This document shows, one piece after another, positions 10,167 through 19,366 of a stretch of 64,000 bases of DNA. The stretch is from an uncultured Pelagibacteraceae bacterium (GTDB taxonomy: Bacteria; Pseudomonadota; Alphaproteobacteria; Pelagibacterales; Pelagibacteraceae). The stretch spans positions 5,102 to 69,101 of the forward strand of contig CACASQ010000003.1 of NCBI GenBank assembly GCA_902535255.1. The letters run 5' to 3'. The notes under the pieces are model-generated. The model had not been told where the DNA came from. It searched no databases and was given only the letters and a program-made list of their open reading frames with translations. The translations under genes were made by a program, and so were the position numbers. Numbering within the stretch: the stretch's first letter is position 1; each line of letters begins with the position of its first letter.

Positions 10167-10960
10167 TAATTAGCCGAAGACCTATTCATTTCTTGAAGCT
10201 CAACTTCTAATTTATTAAGTTCTTCACCGCCAGCCATCATACTTAGTAATTTTTCTCTTGTTATATCTTTCTTCGCATAAGTGCCTAAACTTTTTCCTCT
10301 GTTTAAAACAGTAAAACTATTACCAACAGGATAAGCATGATGAACGTTATGTGTTATTAAAATTACTGCTAATCCCTGAGAAGCAGCTTTAACTATATAT
10401 TTCAAAACAACTGACGCTTGGTGAACCCCAAGTGCTGACGTTGGTTCATCTAAAACAAGTACTTTAGCTCCAAAATATATTGCCCTGCTGATTGCTAAAC
10501 ACTGCCTTTCTCCACCTGACATAGTTCCAACCGCTTGGGATGGATCTCTTACATCAATTCCTATCTGCCCCATTCTTTCTGCAGCAATCTTATTTGCTTT
10601 CTTAATATCAAATGTCTTAAAAAAGGGAGGTCCCTTCATAGGCTCTCTGCCCATAAAAAAGTTTCTAGTCACGCTCATTAAAGACACCAAAGCTAAATCT
10701 TGATAAACAGTTGCTATGCCCATATCTAACGCATCTTTAGGACTATCAAATATAGTTTTTTTTCCTTCAACTATTATTTCTCCCTCATCAGGCTTGTGAA
10801 CGCCAGCTAATGTTTTTATTAGAGTTGATTTGCCAGCTCCATTATCGCCTAGAAGGCACATGATTTCACCTTTTCTTAATTTCATGGTCACGTCTTTTAA
10901 AGCAATTACTTTGCCAAAAAATTTACTAATATTATTAAATTGAACTAAGTAATCTGACAT
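10166..10960 (-). CDS. Sugar (inositol) ABC transporter ATP-binding protein
   Basis: Walker A GDNGAGKS, signature MSGGERQ, Walker [12 protein letters not shown]. Confidence 0.92.
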   Translation of the reverse strand: MSDYLVQFNNISKFFGKVIALKDVTMKLRKGEIMCLLGDNGAGKSTLIKTLAGVHKPDEGEIIVEGKKTIFDSPKDALDMGIATVYQDLALVSLMSVTRNFFMGREPMKGPPFFKTFDIKKANKIAAERMGQIGIDVRDPSQAVGTMSGGERQCLAISRAIYFGAKVLVLDEPTSALGVHQASVVLKYIVKAASQGLAVILITHNVHHAYPVGNSFTVLNRGKSLGTYAKKDITREKLLSMMAGGEELNKLEVELQEMNRSSAN

Positions 10961-12087
10961 TATTTGCTCTCTGTTACCTTTCTTCTAATGTAATTATTAA
11001 ATATTACAGCAATTAACATCATTGCTCCTAAAAAAACTTTAAACCAATCAGTATCAACATCTGTATAAAAAATTCCCATTGATACAGTACCAAATATTAA
11101 AGCTCCAAATGCTGCTCCAATAGCTGACCCATATCCACCAGTTAACAAACACCCACCTACAACAGCTGCAGCTATAGCTTCTAGCTCTTTCAACGTTCCT
11201 CTCATTGTGTCTGCTGATCCAGCATCTAAAACTTGAATAGTAGCAAAAATTGTTGCCGCAACCGCCGTTCCAATAAATAAACTTATTTTCACTCTGCCAA
11301 CTGGTACACCTACGTTATTAGCACCATTCTTGTCTCCACCTGACGCAAAAATCCAATTACCATATCTGGTTTTCATTAATATCCAGGTAGTTAAAATTGC
11401 TAATGCTATAAACCAAATAACTGAAGGAGGAATGCCCGTAGCTAAGGGGCTGCCATCTGTTCTTAAAGCAATTAAATTCATTGAACCTAGCCATGTAAAA
11501 ACCCATTTAAATGTGTCCGTTGCAAATATCCAAGCTATAGGATCGTTTTCAATTAAAACTCTTAAACCTGGTACTTGTGTACGTCCTGTGATTAATCTTG
11601 TTAAAGCTAAAGTTGCTCCTCTTAAGATAAATAACATTGCCAGCGTTACTATAAAAGATGGTAAGCCAGTTCTGACTACGAGTATTCCATTAAAATAACC
11701 AACTAATACTGCCATTGAAAAAGCAAATATAATACTCATCCATAAAGGCCACCCCCAATAAATAGCTGGAATAGCTATACAGATTCCTGCAAAACCAATC
11801 ATTGAACCGATTGATAAGTCAAATTCTCCACCAATCATTAACATTGCTGCTGCGATAGCAATAATTCCAAGATTAGCTGATACATCTAAAAAATTTAAAA
11901 TTCCGTAAGCGCTAAACATACCGGTATCACCAGCAATAATACCAAAAAAAATAAATACTAAAATTGCTCCACCTAAAGCACCAAGTTCTGGTCTATTTAA
12001 TAATAATCTTAATTTTGAAACTTTTTTAAGTCTTTCATCCTGATTAAAATCAGTTTTATTTTCTATACTTTTAGACTTTGTTGACAT
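10960..12087 (-). CDS. Sugar (inositol) ABC transporter permease (RbsC-like)
   Basis: [31 protein letters not shown]; multiple hydrophobic helices. Confidence 0.92.
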   Translation of the reverse strand: MSTKSKSIENKTDFNQDERLKKVSKLRLLLNRPELGALGGAILVFIFFGIIAGDTGMFSAYGILNFLDVSANLGIIAIAAAMLMIGGEFDLSIGSMIGFAGICIAIPAIYWGWPLWMSIIFAFSMAVLVGYFNGILVVRTGLPSFIVTLAMLFILRGATLALTRLITGRTQVPGLRVLIENDPIAWIFATDTFKWVFTWLGSMNLIALRTDGSPLATGIPPSVIWFIALAILTTWILMKTRYGNWIFASGGDKNGANNVGVPVGRVKISLFIGTAVAATIFATIQVLDAGSADTMRGTLKELEAIAAAVVGGCLLTGGYGSAIGAAFGALIFGTVSMGIFYTDVDTDWFKVFLGAMMLIAVIFNNYIRRKVTESK

Positions 12088-12097
12088 ATTTAAAACT

Positions 12098-12132
12098 AAA
12101 AAAAAAGGCCTAGCGAAATATCACTAGGCCTT
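12098..12132 (-). terminator. Intrinsic terminator-like hairpin between the binding-protein and permease genes
   Basis: Minus strand AAGGCCTAGTGA-TATT-TCGCTAGGCCTT followed by a T run. Confidence 0.8.
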
Positions 12133-12145
12133 CTTTATATATTTT

Positions 12146-13069
12146 TTATCTATAACCTTGAGCAGCCCATTTAATTACACTCTTAGCGTTTTTAGGTGTA
12201 ACAAAACCAGGTCCTGTCATAACTACACCAGCTGGCATAGTTCCGTATCTCATATATTGAGAAAAGATAGCTATAGGTAAGTAACCTTGTAAGTACTGTT
12301 GTTGGTCAATTAAGAACTCAACTTTTCCTGCAGCGGCAGCTTTCAGCATTCCTGGTGACATATCGAATGTACCAAGTTTAACACTTCCAACTTTTCCAGC
12401 TGACTCTAAAGCTTTTAGAGCAGCTTCACCCGCAAGACCAGCTCCTAAAGTAAGAATGGTGTCATATCCACCACCTAATTTAGCAGCTACAGCTTTTTGA
12501 ATTTCAGTCGGGTCGTTTGATGTACCTAATATATCTACAGATCCACCAAAACCTTTTTTGAAACCAGCACATCTTCTATCTAAGGCAACGTTTCCTACTT
12601 CGTGGTTCACACATAGTGCTTTTTTACCACCAGCAGCCTTCATTTTTTGTCCGCCACCTACTCCTGCTTCAAACTCTGTTTGACCAACGTGAGCGCTTAT
12701 TCCAAGCTTCATGTAGTCATCAGAACCTGAGTTCATAGAGATCACTGGAATACCTGCAGATATTGCAGCTTTAACAGACTTACCTAGAGCGGCAGCATCT
12801 GGTAAAGTTATTACAATACCTTTTGGTTTTTGAGAAACAGCATTATCAATTAATTTTGCCATCTCTACCATGTCAAATGTTGCTGGAGCAGTGTATTTGC
12901 AAGATACTTTCATATCTTTACAAGCTTTATCAACTCCGTTTTTTGCAACAGACCAGAAAGGGTCATTTGCTTGCCCGTGAGAAACAACAATAATATCTAC
13001 AGCTAAAGCTGCTACTGACATCATTGCCCAACTCATAAGAGCAGCAATTGTTAAGTATACTTTTTTCAT
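12146..13069 (-). CDS. Sugar ABC transporter periplasmic binding protein, probably inositol-binding
   Basis: Signal peptide MKKVYL...ALA, SHGQANDPFW, IDQQQYLQGY. Start moved to ATG 13069, which follows a GAGGG SD. Confidence 0.88.
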   Translation of the reverse strand: MKKVYLTIAALMSWAMMSVAALAVDIIVVSHGQANDPFWSVAKNGVDKACKDMKVSCKYTAPATFDMVEMAKLIDNAVSQKPKGIVITLPDAAALGKSVKAAISAGIPVISMNSGSDDYMKLGISAHVGQTEFEAGVGGGQKMKAAGGKKALCVNHEVGNVALDRRCAGFKKGFGGSVDILGTSNDPTEIQKAVAAKLGGGYDTILTLGAGLAGEAALKALESAGKVGSVKLGTFDMSPGMLKAAAAGKVEFLIDQQQYLQGYLPIAIFSQYMRYGTMPAGVVMTGPGFVTPKNAKSVIKWAAQGYR

Positions 13070-13170
13070 GATTATTTCCCTCATTTGTTTGTTAATTTTG
13101 CATAATTAAAACAAAAAAATTTAATAAATTCAAAAGGAAAAAAAATCTATACAACTGCAGGTAGTTGAAA

Positions 13171-14166
13171 TTACTTCAATTTTACTACTCTTTTTTGGAT
13201 TAAAGATTTATATGCAGCATTAGCAATTTTTAATGCTAAATAACCATCTTCAAAAGTTGATCTTGGTTTTATTCTTTTTTTATGAAGGGAGATAAGTTCT
13301 TTTAATTGAAGATTATAAGCGTCTTTATATCTTTCAATAAAAAAATTTAAAAAAGGCTTTTGTGAATGAGATTGATTTGAATTAAAGATTTCTGTGGCAT
13401 TATTTTTATGATTTCCTGATAAAAGCATTCCTTTTTTTCCAAATAACTCAACTCTTTGATCATAACCAAAAGAACAATGTCTAGAATTTGTTATTACACA
13501 AATGACACCTTTTTTTGATTTCATTATTACTGTGGCTAATTCGTGATCTTTTATTTTTCTATAAAATGGCTCAAATGAGGTTGCTGACGAACTTATTTCT
13601 GAAATTTCATCATTTTTTAAATAATATCTACATAAATCAAAATCATGAATCATCATATCTCTAAAAATCCCACCGGATGATTTTAAATAAGATTTAGATG
13701 GAGGAGCAGGATCTCTACTAGTAATTATTATTTTTTCTAATCTTCCAATTTTGTTTTTATCTAAATCCATTTTTATGGAATGGTGGCCAGGATCGTATCT
13801 TCGATTAAATCCAAGCTGTAATTTTGATTTATTTTGTTTTACTTTTTTAAAAGTTTTGATAATTTTTCCTATATTTAAATCTAAAGGTTTTTCACAAAAT
13901 ATAGTTTTTTTATACTTAATACCCTCTTCTATAAATTTTATATGAGTGTTTGTGGGGCTCGAAATAAAAATTATATCTACTTTTTTATCTGAAAAAATCT
14001 TTTTATAGTTTTTTTCAAAGATGCAATTGTAAATTTTTTTAGCTTTTTTTCCTAATCTATCAACTTTTTCATAAACATATAATAGTTTGAGGTTTTTATC
14101 TTTATCTATATTTTGAGCATGCATTTGCCCTATTCTACCAAAACCCAAAAGTGCTACATTAATCAT
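13171..14166 (-). CDS. iolG: myo-inositol 2-dehydrogenase
   Basis: GFGRIG, CEKP, GFNRRYDP, ITSRDP, GGIFRDMMIHDFD, GYDQRVE, FFIERYKDAY. Confidence 0.88.
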   Translation of the reverse strand: MINVALLGFGRIGQMHAQNIDKDKNLKLLYVYEKVDRLGKKAKKIYNCIFEKNYKKIFSDKKVDIIFISSPTNTHIKFIEEGIKYKKTIFCEKPLDLNIGKIIKTFKKVKQNKSKLQLGFNRRYDPGHHSIKMDLDKNKIGRLEKIIITSRDPAPPSKSYLKSSGGIFRDMMIHDFDLCRYYLKNDEISEISSSATSFEPFYRKIKDHELATVIMKSKKGVICVITNSRHCSFGYDQRVELFGKKGMLLSGNHKNNATEIFNSNQSHSQKPFLNFFIERYKDAYNLQLKELISLHKKRIKPRSTFEDGYLALKIANAAYKSLIQKRVVKLK

Positions 14167-14225
14167 ATATTCTTTTGTAACTTTATTTTATTTATAATAT
14201 AAAATGATATTACTTTCTTAAAACT

Positions 14226-15125
14226 ATGTCGATAAGATTAGGAATAGCACCTATTGCATGGAGTAACGATGATATGCCAGAATTAGGAGGCAAAACTCCA
14301 TTAGAACAATGTTTAAAAGAAGCTAGTTTGGCCGGCTTTACTGGAGTTGAATATGGTGGAAAATTTGCAATGGATTCAAAAAAACTTATACCAAAACTCA
14401 ATAAAGAAAACCTGAAGCTATGTTCTGGTTGGTACGGGGCGCAACTATTAAAAAGATCTCCTAAAGAAGAATTTAAACTTATGCAGAAACAACTTAAATT
14501 ATTTAAGGATTGTAATTCTCCTTGTATGGTATTTGCCGAGATCACTGACTCTGTGCAAGGAGATCCTATAACTCCGTTATCTAAAAGACCAAAATTATCA
14601 AATGATGATTGGAAAAAATTAATCAATTCTATAAATGAAATAAGTAAAATGATGATGGATGAAAACATGCCGCTTGCATACCATCATCATATGGGAACCG
14701 TCATAGAGACAGAAGAAGACACGAGAAGGCTTATTGAGAATACAAAAGATACAGTTGGTTTATTAGTTGATACTGGTCATATGCTATTCGCTCAAGGTAA
14801 TTCAGTTAAACTAGTTGAGAGTTTTTATGAGCGAATAATCCATGTACATTGTAAAGACATTAGAAAAGATATTTTAGAAAAGTCTTTAAAAAATGATGTT
14901 ACATTCAGACGAGCATTTTTAGATGGAGCTTTCACTGTTCCAGGAGATGGATGCATTGATTATGTTCCTTTTTTAAATTCTTTAAGAAAAAAAAATTATT
15001 CAGGATGGCTTGTTGTTGAAGCAGAGCAAGATCCTGCGAAAGCAAATCCTTTCGAATATGCTAAAATTGGATTTAACTATTTGAACAAAACTGCAAAAGA
15101 ATGTGGTTTTGAAATTATAAATTAA
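14226..15125 (+). CDS. iolE: myo-inosose-2 dehydratase
   Basis: GIAPIAWSNDD, YHHHMGT, DTGH, HVHCKD, FTVPGDG, VVEAEQDP. Confidence 0.95.
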   Translation: MSIRLGIAPIAWSNDDMPELGGKTPLEQCLKEASLAGFTGVEYGGKFAMDSKKLIPKLNKENLKLCSGWYGAQLLKRSPKEEFKLMQKQLKLFKDCNSPCMVFAEITDSVQGDPITPLSKRPKLSNDDWKKLINSINEISKMMMDENMPLAYHHHMGTVIETEEDTRRLIENTKDTVGLLVDTGHMLFAQGNSVKLVESFYERIIHVHCKDIRKDILEKSLKNDVTFRRAFLDGAFTVPGDGCIDYVPFLNSLRKKNYSGWLVVEAEQDPAKANPFEYAKIGFNYLNKTAKECGFEIIN

Positions 15126-15631
15126 CGATAAAGAGATACTAATTCATTATTTCCTGCAGCTACGCAAGGTGATTTTATACAAGTGCCCACAACCCATTCG
15201 GATCCTGCTTCGGACTCAAAATCATTAGAGGATACAAAAATTATACCTTTGTCTGTAGATTGACCTGCCTTACCTTCAGCTTGTATTCTAGGATCTTGAG
15301 ATGATTGTATTAAAGGTTTATTGGTTGAGTAAGGGTTTTTTAATTCTATATTAGATAAAACATAATTTACAATTTTTTCAGATGTCCAAACAGAATTACA
15401 TTTCTCACCCCAAGAAGTAGATCCTTCAATATTTGAACTACAAATATTGACTTCTTTATTAATAAAATCAACAACTAATTTATGATTTGATTTTATATCA
15501 TTAGCCTTTTGTAAAACTTCTGACCTTGTAGAGGCGGTCCATAATAACATTAAAATAACGTATGTGATTGAACTTATAACTAAAGCTTCTAATGGCCCAA
15601 AATTTTTTAACTTTCTTTTAATATCAATCAT
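15122..15631 (-). CDS. Hypothetical membrane-anchored protein with a degenerate type IV pilin-like N-terminus
   Basis: Basic leader KRKLKN, then F-G-P-L-E (F+1/E+5), a hydrophobic helix and four Cys. Confidence 0.5.
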   Translation of the reverse strand: MIDIKRKLKNFGPLEALVISSITYVILMLLWTASTRSEVLQKANDIKSNHKLVVDFINKEVNICSSNIEGSTSWGEKCNSVWTSEKIVNYVLSNIELKNPYSTNKPLIQSSQDPRIQAEGKAGQSTDKGIIFVSSNDFESEAGSEWVVGTCIKSPCVAAGNNELVSLYR

Positions 15632-16584
15632 AATTTCACGATCATAGATTTATCAATCTTATTATCAAAAAAATCAATAATATTTTTTGTGGTCTCTAAA
15701 GACATTCTAGATTTACATTCATTAGTGAATGTTGCTGAATGAGGACTTAATAGTATTTTTTTGTTGCTTAGTAGCGGGTTATTTTTATCAATTGGTTCTT
15801 TTTCAAAAACATCTAATCCAGCTCCAAAAATTATATTCTCATTTAGCGCTTTATTTAAATCATCTTCATTAATTATTCCACCTCTTGCTGTATTTATAAC
15901 AATTGCCTCCCTCTTCATATTTTTAAGTTTAGAATAATCGATTAAATTTTTAGTATCCTTAGTTAATGGCACATGCAAAGATAGATAGTCACAATTTTTA
16001 AGTCCTTCTTCTAGATTTTCAATTTTTTGGCCTCCAAATTCTTCTATGATTTTTTTATTAATAAAAGGATCATAAATTTTTACTTTCATTTCAAAACCTT
16101 TACATCTTTTAATTAAACTTTGACCTATTCTTCCAAATCCAACAATTAAAATTTCCTTATTAAATAGCTCTAAAGTCTCTATAGAGGATACATTTTTTTT
16201 AAAATTTCCAATTCTTACCTCTTGATCAAATTGATTGTTGCTTTTGGAAATAGATAGCATCATATAAATTACATGTTCTGCTACAGCCACAGCATTTGCT
16301 GTAGCCGTAATTAACAATGTTATGTTATTTTTCTTAATGTAATTTAAATCAACATTATCATAACCAACACCATGTCTAGATATTACTTTTAAATTTTTAC
16401 AATTAGACATAATTTTTTCATTTAATTTGGACACTCTAAGTGTGCATGCATCAAATTTAGGTAGGACTTTTATTAAGTTTTCTTCAGATGTATCTTCGAT
16501 TATTTCAAACTCAAAGTCTGGATTCTCTTTTAATAAATCTATTCCGTCTTGATGAATATTTTCTATAATTGCTACTTTATGCAT
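15628..16584 (-). CDS. D-isomer-specific 2-hydroxyacid dehydrogenase (SerA-like, no ACT domain)
   Basis: RHGVGYDNVD, GFGRIG, LHVPLT, INTARGG, GLDVF, SPHSA. Start corrected to ATG 16584 because the longer track start lies inside the tRNA. Confidence 0.85.
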   Translation of the reverse strand: MHKVAIIENIHQDGIDLLKENPDFEFEIIEDTSEENLIKVLPKFDACTLRVSKLNEKIMSNCKNLKVISRHGVGYDNVDLNYIKKNNITLLITATANAVAVAEHVIYMMLSISKSNNQFDQEVRIGNFKKNVSSIETLELFNKEILIVGFGRIGQSLIKRCKGFEMKVKIYDPFINKKIIEEFGGQKIENLEEGLKNCDYLSLHVPLTKDTKNLIDYSKLKNMKREAIVINTARGGIINEDDLNKALNENIIFGAGLDVFEKEPIDKNNPLLSNKKILLSPHSATFTNECKSRMSLETTKNIIDFFDNKIDKSMIVKL

Positions 16585-16590
16585 TTTTTT

Positions 16591-16665
16591 TGGCGGTCCC
16601 AAGGGGAATCGAACCCCTCTTTGTTGGATGAAAACCAACTGTCCTAACCGATAGACGATGGGACC
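16591..16665 (-). tRNA. tRNA-Glu(TTC)
   Basis: Acceptor GGTCCCA/TGGGACC plus GCCA; anticodon arm GTTGG-TTTTCAT-CCAAC; T arm AGGGG-TTCGATT-CCCCT. Confidence 0.96.
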
Positions 16666-18428
16666 ATTTTTTTGAGTGTTTTATTAACAGAAATATCATC
16701 GATAATAAACTCTACATTTGATTGCCCCCTCCATTCATTTAGGGATAATTTTCCAGCAATATTAAATAATTTGTTATCTTTTTTGAGTAAATATGCGCCA
16801 ATTTCATTATCTACTGAATTAAACGCAATAGTTTTTATTGTTGAACCATTTGCACCTAAGAGAACTGATTTTATATGTTTTTCTTTAATTATTTTATGAT
16901 TCACTGTTTTAAGATTTTCAATTATGAACTTAGGTTCTGGATTTCCCGATCCAAATGGAGCTAGAACATTTACTTTATTATAAAATTCAAGATTAATAGC
17001 TGTAGGTGAAATAATGCTATCCAAAAATAATGATCTCTGTTTAATTGAATTTTGATTAAGTTTTGAAAATTTTTTAAATATAAATTTCTTAAAATTTTCT
17101 ATCTGATCAATTTTAATTGTAAATCCTCCTGCCATTTTGTGTCCACCTCCTTTCATTAAAATTTTCTCTTGAGTGGCAGCGATAATGACTGATCCAATGT
17201 CAAATCCAACAATTGATCTCGCTGAGGCCTTGCCTATATCTTTTTCTATTGAAATTATAATTACAGGTTTATTAAACTTATCTTTTATTCTTGCAGCAAC
17301 TATTCCTATGACACCTTCGTGCCAATTTTTGCCACAAATAATTATTACTGGATCAGATACATCAATCTTAATTTCTTTCTTTATTTTATCTAAAACATCT
17401 TTCTCTAGATATTGTCTTTCTTTATTAAACTGATCTAATTCAGTTGCAATCTTAAAAGCTTCCTTAGGATTATTATTTAATAATAAATTAGCACCATGCG
17501 AGGACTTTCCCACTCTACCACCAGCATTAATTCTTGGCCCCAACATATATCCAACATGATAAATATTAGGAGAGTTTTCAATTCCGCAAACATTCAAAAG
17601 TGTTTTTAAACCTAAATTTTTTTTTGTTTTTAGAATTTTTAAACCTTGCGCAACTATTGCTCTATTCAAACCAATCAGAGGGACAACATCACAAATTGTT
17701 CCTAATGTTACTAAATCTAAATATTCAATTAAATTGGGTTCTGCAATATTTTTATTTTTAAACCAATTATTTGTTCTCAACTCTTTATTAAGACCAACTA
17801 GAAACATAAAAGTTACTCCTGCTGCACACAAATATTTTAAATTTGACTTATCATCAATTCTGTTTGGATTAACAATAGAATGAGCTTTTGGAAGATTAAT
17901 TTTTGACTGATGATGATCTAAAACAATTACATCAATATCATTTTTTTTTGCATACTCGATTGCCTCAAAAGACAATGTTCCACAATCAACTGTAAAAATT
18001 AAATTAATCTTATTATCAATAAAATATTTAAAAGCTTCAATAGATGGGCCATAACCCTCTTTTTTTCTATCTGGAATATATGTAATGTAATTTGATCCTA
18101 GTGCAGAAAGATAATTTCCAAGCAGGGCTGTTGCTGAAGCTCCGTCAACATCATAATCTCCAAATATACCTATTTTTGAGTCTTTACTAATAATGTCGGA
18201 TACTTTTTTGCATGATTTCTCCATATCAATGAGAATATATGGATTAGGCAAGAAATTCTTTATAGAAGGATTCAAAAAACCTTTGACTTCGTCTTTATTA
18301 ATATTTCTTATCGATAATAATTTAGATGTAATTTCATCAAGTGAAAAATTGTCTTTAAAAAATACAACATCTTCTTGATTATATTGTTTTAATATCCAGT
18401 TTTTACTACTTACTGAAAGTGTATTCAT
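16644..18428 (-). CDS. recJ: Single-stranded-DNA-specific exonuclease RecJ
   Basis: GDYDVDG, TVDCG, LDHH, PRINAGGR, GGGHKMAGG, PFGSGNPEP. Confidence 0.95.
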   Translation of the reverse strand: MNTLSVSSKNWILKQYNQEDVVFFKDNFSLDEITSKLLSIRNINKDEVKGFLNPSIKNFLPNPYILIDMEKSCKKVSDIISKDSKIGIFGDYDVDGASATALLGNYLSALGSNYITYIPDRKKEGYGPSIEAFKYFIDNKINLIFTVDCGTLSFEAIEYAKKNDIDVIVLDHHQSKINLPKAHSIVNPNRIDDKSNLKYLCAAGVTFMFLVGLNKELRTNNWFKNKNIAEPNLIEYLDLVTLGTICDVVPLIGLNRAIVAQGLKILKTKKNLGLKTLLNVCGIENSPNIYHVGYMLGPRINAGGRVGKSSHGANLLLNNNPKEAFKIATELDQFNKERQYLEKDVLDKIKKEIKIDVSDPVIIICGKNWHEGVIGIVAARIKDKFNKPVIIISIEKDIGKASARSIVGFDIGSVIIAATQEKILMKGGGHKMAGGFTIKIDQIENFKKFIFKKFSKLNQNSIKQRSLFLDSIISPTAINLEFYNKVNVLAPFGSGNPEPKFIIENLKTVNHKIIKEKHIKSVLLGANGSTIKTIAFNSVDNEIGAYLLKKDNKLFNIAGKLSLNEWRGQSNVEFIIDDISVNKTLKKMVPSSIG

Positions 18429-19366
18429 TTGTTGTAGATATTTGTGACAATCTTATTAATCTTTTTGCTTTTGTGTAAAGCAAAAGTCGTTACTTCATAT
18501 TCATTTCCTAAATCTTTAACACCTTTTGCTAAATCTCCAGAAGTAACTCCTGTTGCGCAGAAAATGACATCTCCTTTAACCATATCATTAATATTGTATT
18601 TCTTTTTAAAGTCTTGAATTCCAAGTTTCTTTGCCCTAATTTTTTCCTCTTCATTTAAAACTAGACGACCTTGTATTTGACCTCCGTAACAAGAAAGAGC
18701 AGCAGCTGCCAAAACACCTTCTGGGCCTCCTCCAGTGCTATAATAGATATCATTTTTTGGTTGATTACCTATTACGCTTAATACTCCAGCTATATCACCA
18801 TCAGCAATATAATTTATTCGAACATCCATTTTTGAAAGCACTTTTACAATTTCGTCATGTCTCGGCCTTTTTAAAACACAGGCACTTAATTCAGAAATTT
18901 TCTTATTTTTTGCTTCTGCTAATAGTTTAATATTTTTTTCAACACCGAAATCAATATCTAAAAGATTTTCTGGAAGATTAGATCCCACAGCAATTTTTTC
19001 CATATAAGTATCTGGGGCAGACAAAAGGTCACCTTTTTTTGCAACCGCAATTACTGAAAAAGCATTAGGTTCATTGTTTGCTGTAAAGTTTGTTCCCTCC
19101 AAGGGATCAGCCGCGATATCAAATTTAGGTCCATTTAAAGTTCCTAATCTCTCACCAATGTAAAGCATCGGGGCCTCATCCATTTCTCCTTCACCTATAA
19201 CAATGGTTCCCTCCATATTTATCTTATTTAACTCTCTCCTCATAGAGTCAACTGCGCCTTTGTCAGCAGCAATTTTATCTTTTTTTCCAATAAATTTTGA
19301 AGCTCCAATCGCCGCTTTCTCAGTAGCTTTAAGGAAAAGATTAAGAAATTTTGAATCTATTGCCAT
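18425..19366 (-). CDS. glpX: Fructose-1,6-bisphosphatase class II
   Basis: VIGEGEMDEAPML, DPLEGT, APDTYMEK, GGGPEGV, ATGVTSG. Confidence 0.95.
   Translation of the reverse strand: MAIDSKFLNLFLKATEKAAIGASKFIGKKDKIAADKGAVDSMRRELNKINMEGTIVIGEGEMDEAPMLYIGERLGTLNGPKFDIAADPLEGTNFTANNEPNAFSVIAVAKKGDLLSAPDTYMEKIAVGSNLPENLLDIDFGVEKNIKLLAEAKNKKISELSACVLKRPRHDEIVKVLSKMDVRINYIADGDIAGVLSVIGNQPKNDIYYSTGGGPEGVLAAAALSCYGGQIQGRLVLNEEEKIRAKKLGIQDFKKKYNINDMVKGDVIFCATGVTSGDLAKGVKDLGNEYEVTTFALHKSKKINKIVTNIYNK

Noticed and set aside
13152-13167. CAACT-N6-AGTTG hairpin after iolG as a terminator
   Set aside because: 5-bp weak stem and the T run is not adjacent; insufficient support
16585-16638. N-terminal extension MVFIQQRGVRFPLGPPKK on the dehydrogenase
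   Set aside because: It is a translation of tRNA-Glu; the family-like start is MHKVAII at 16584
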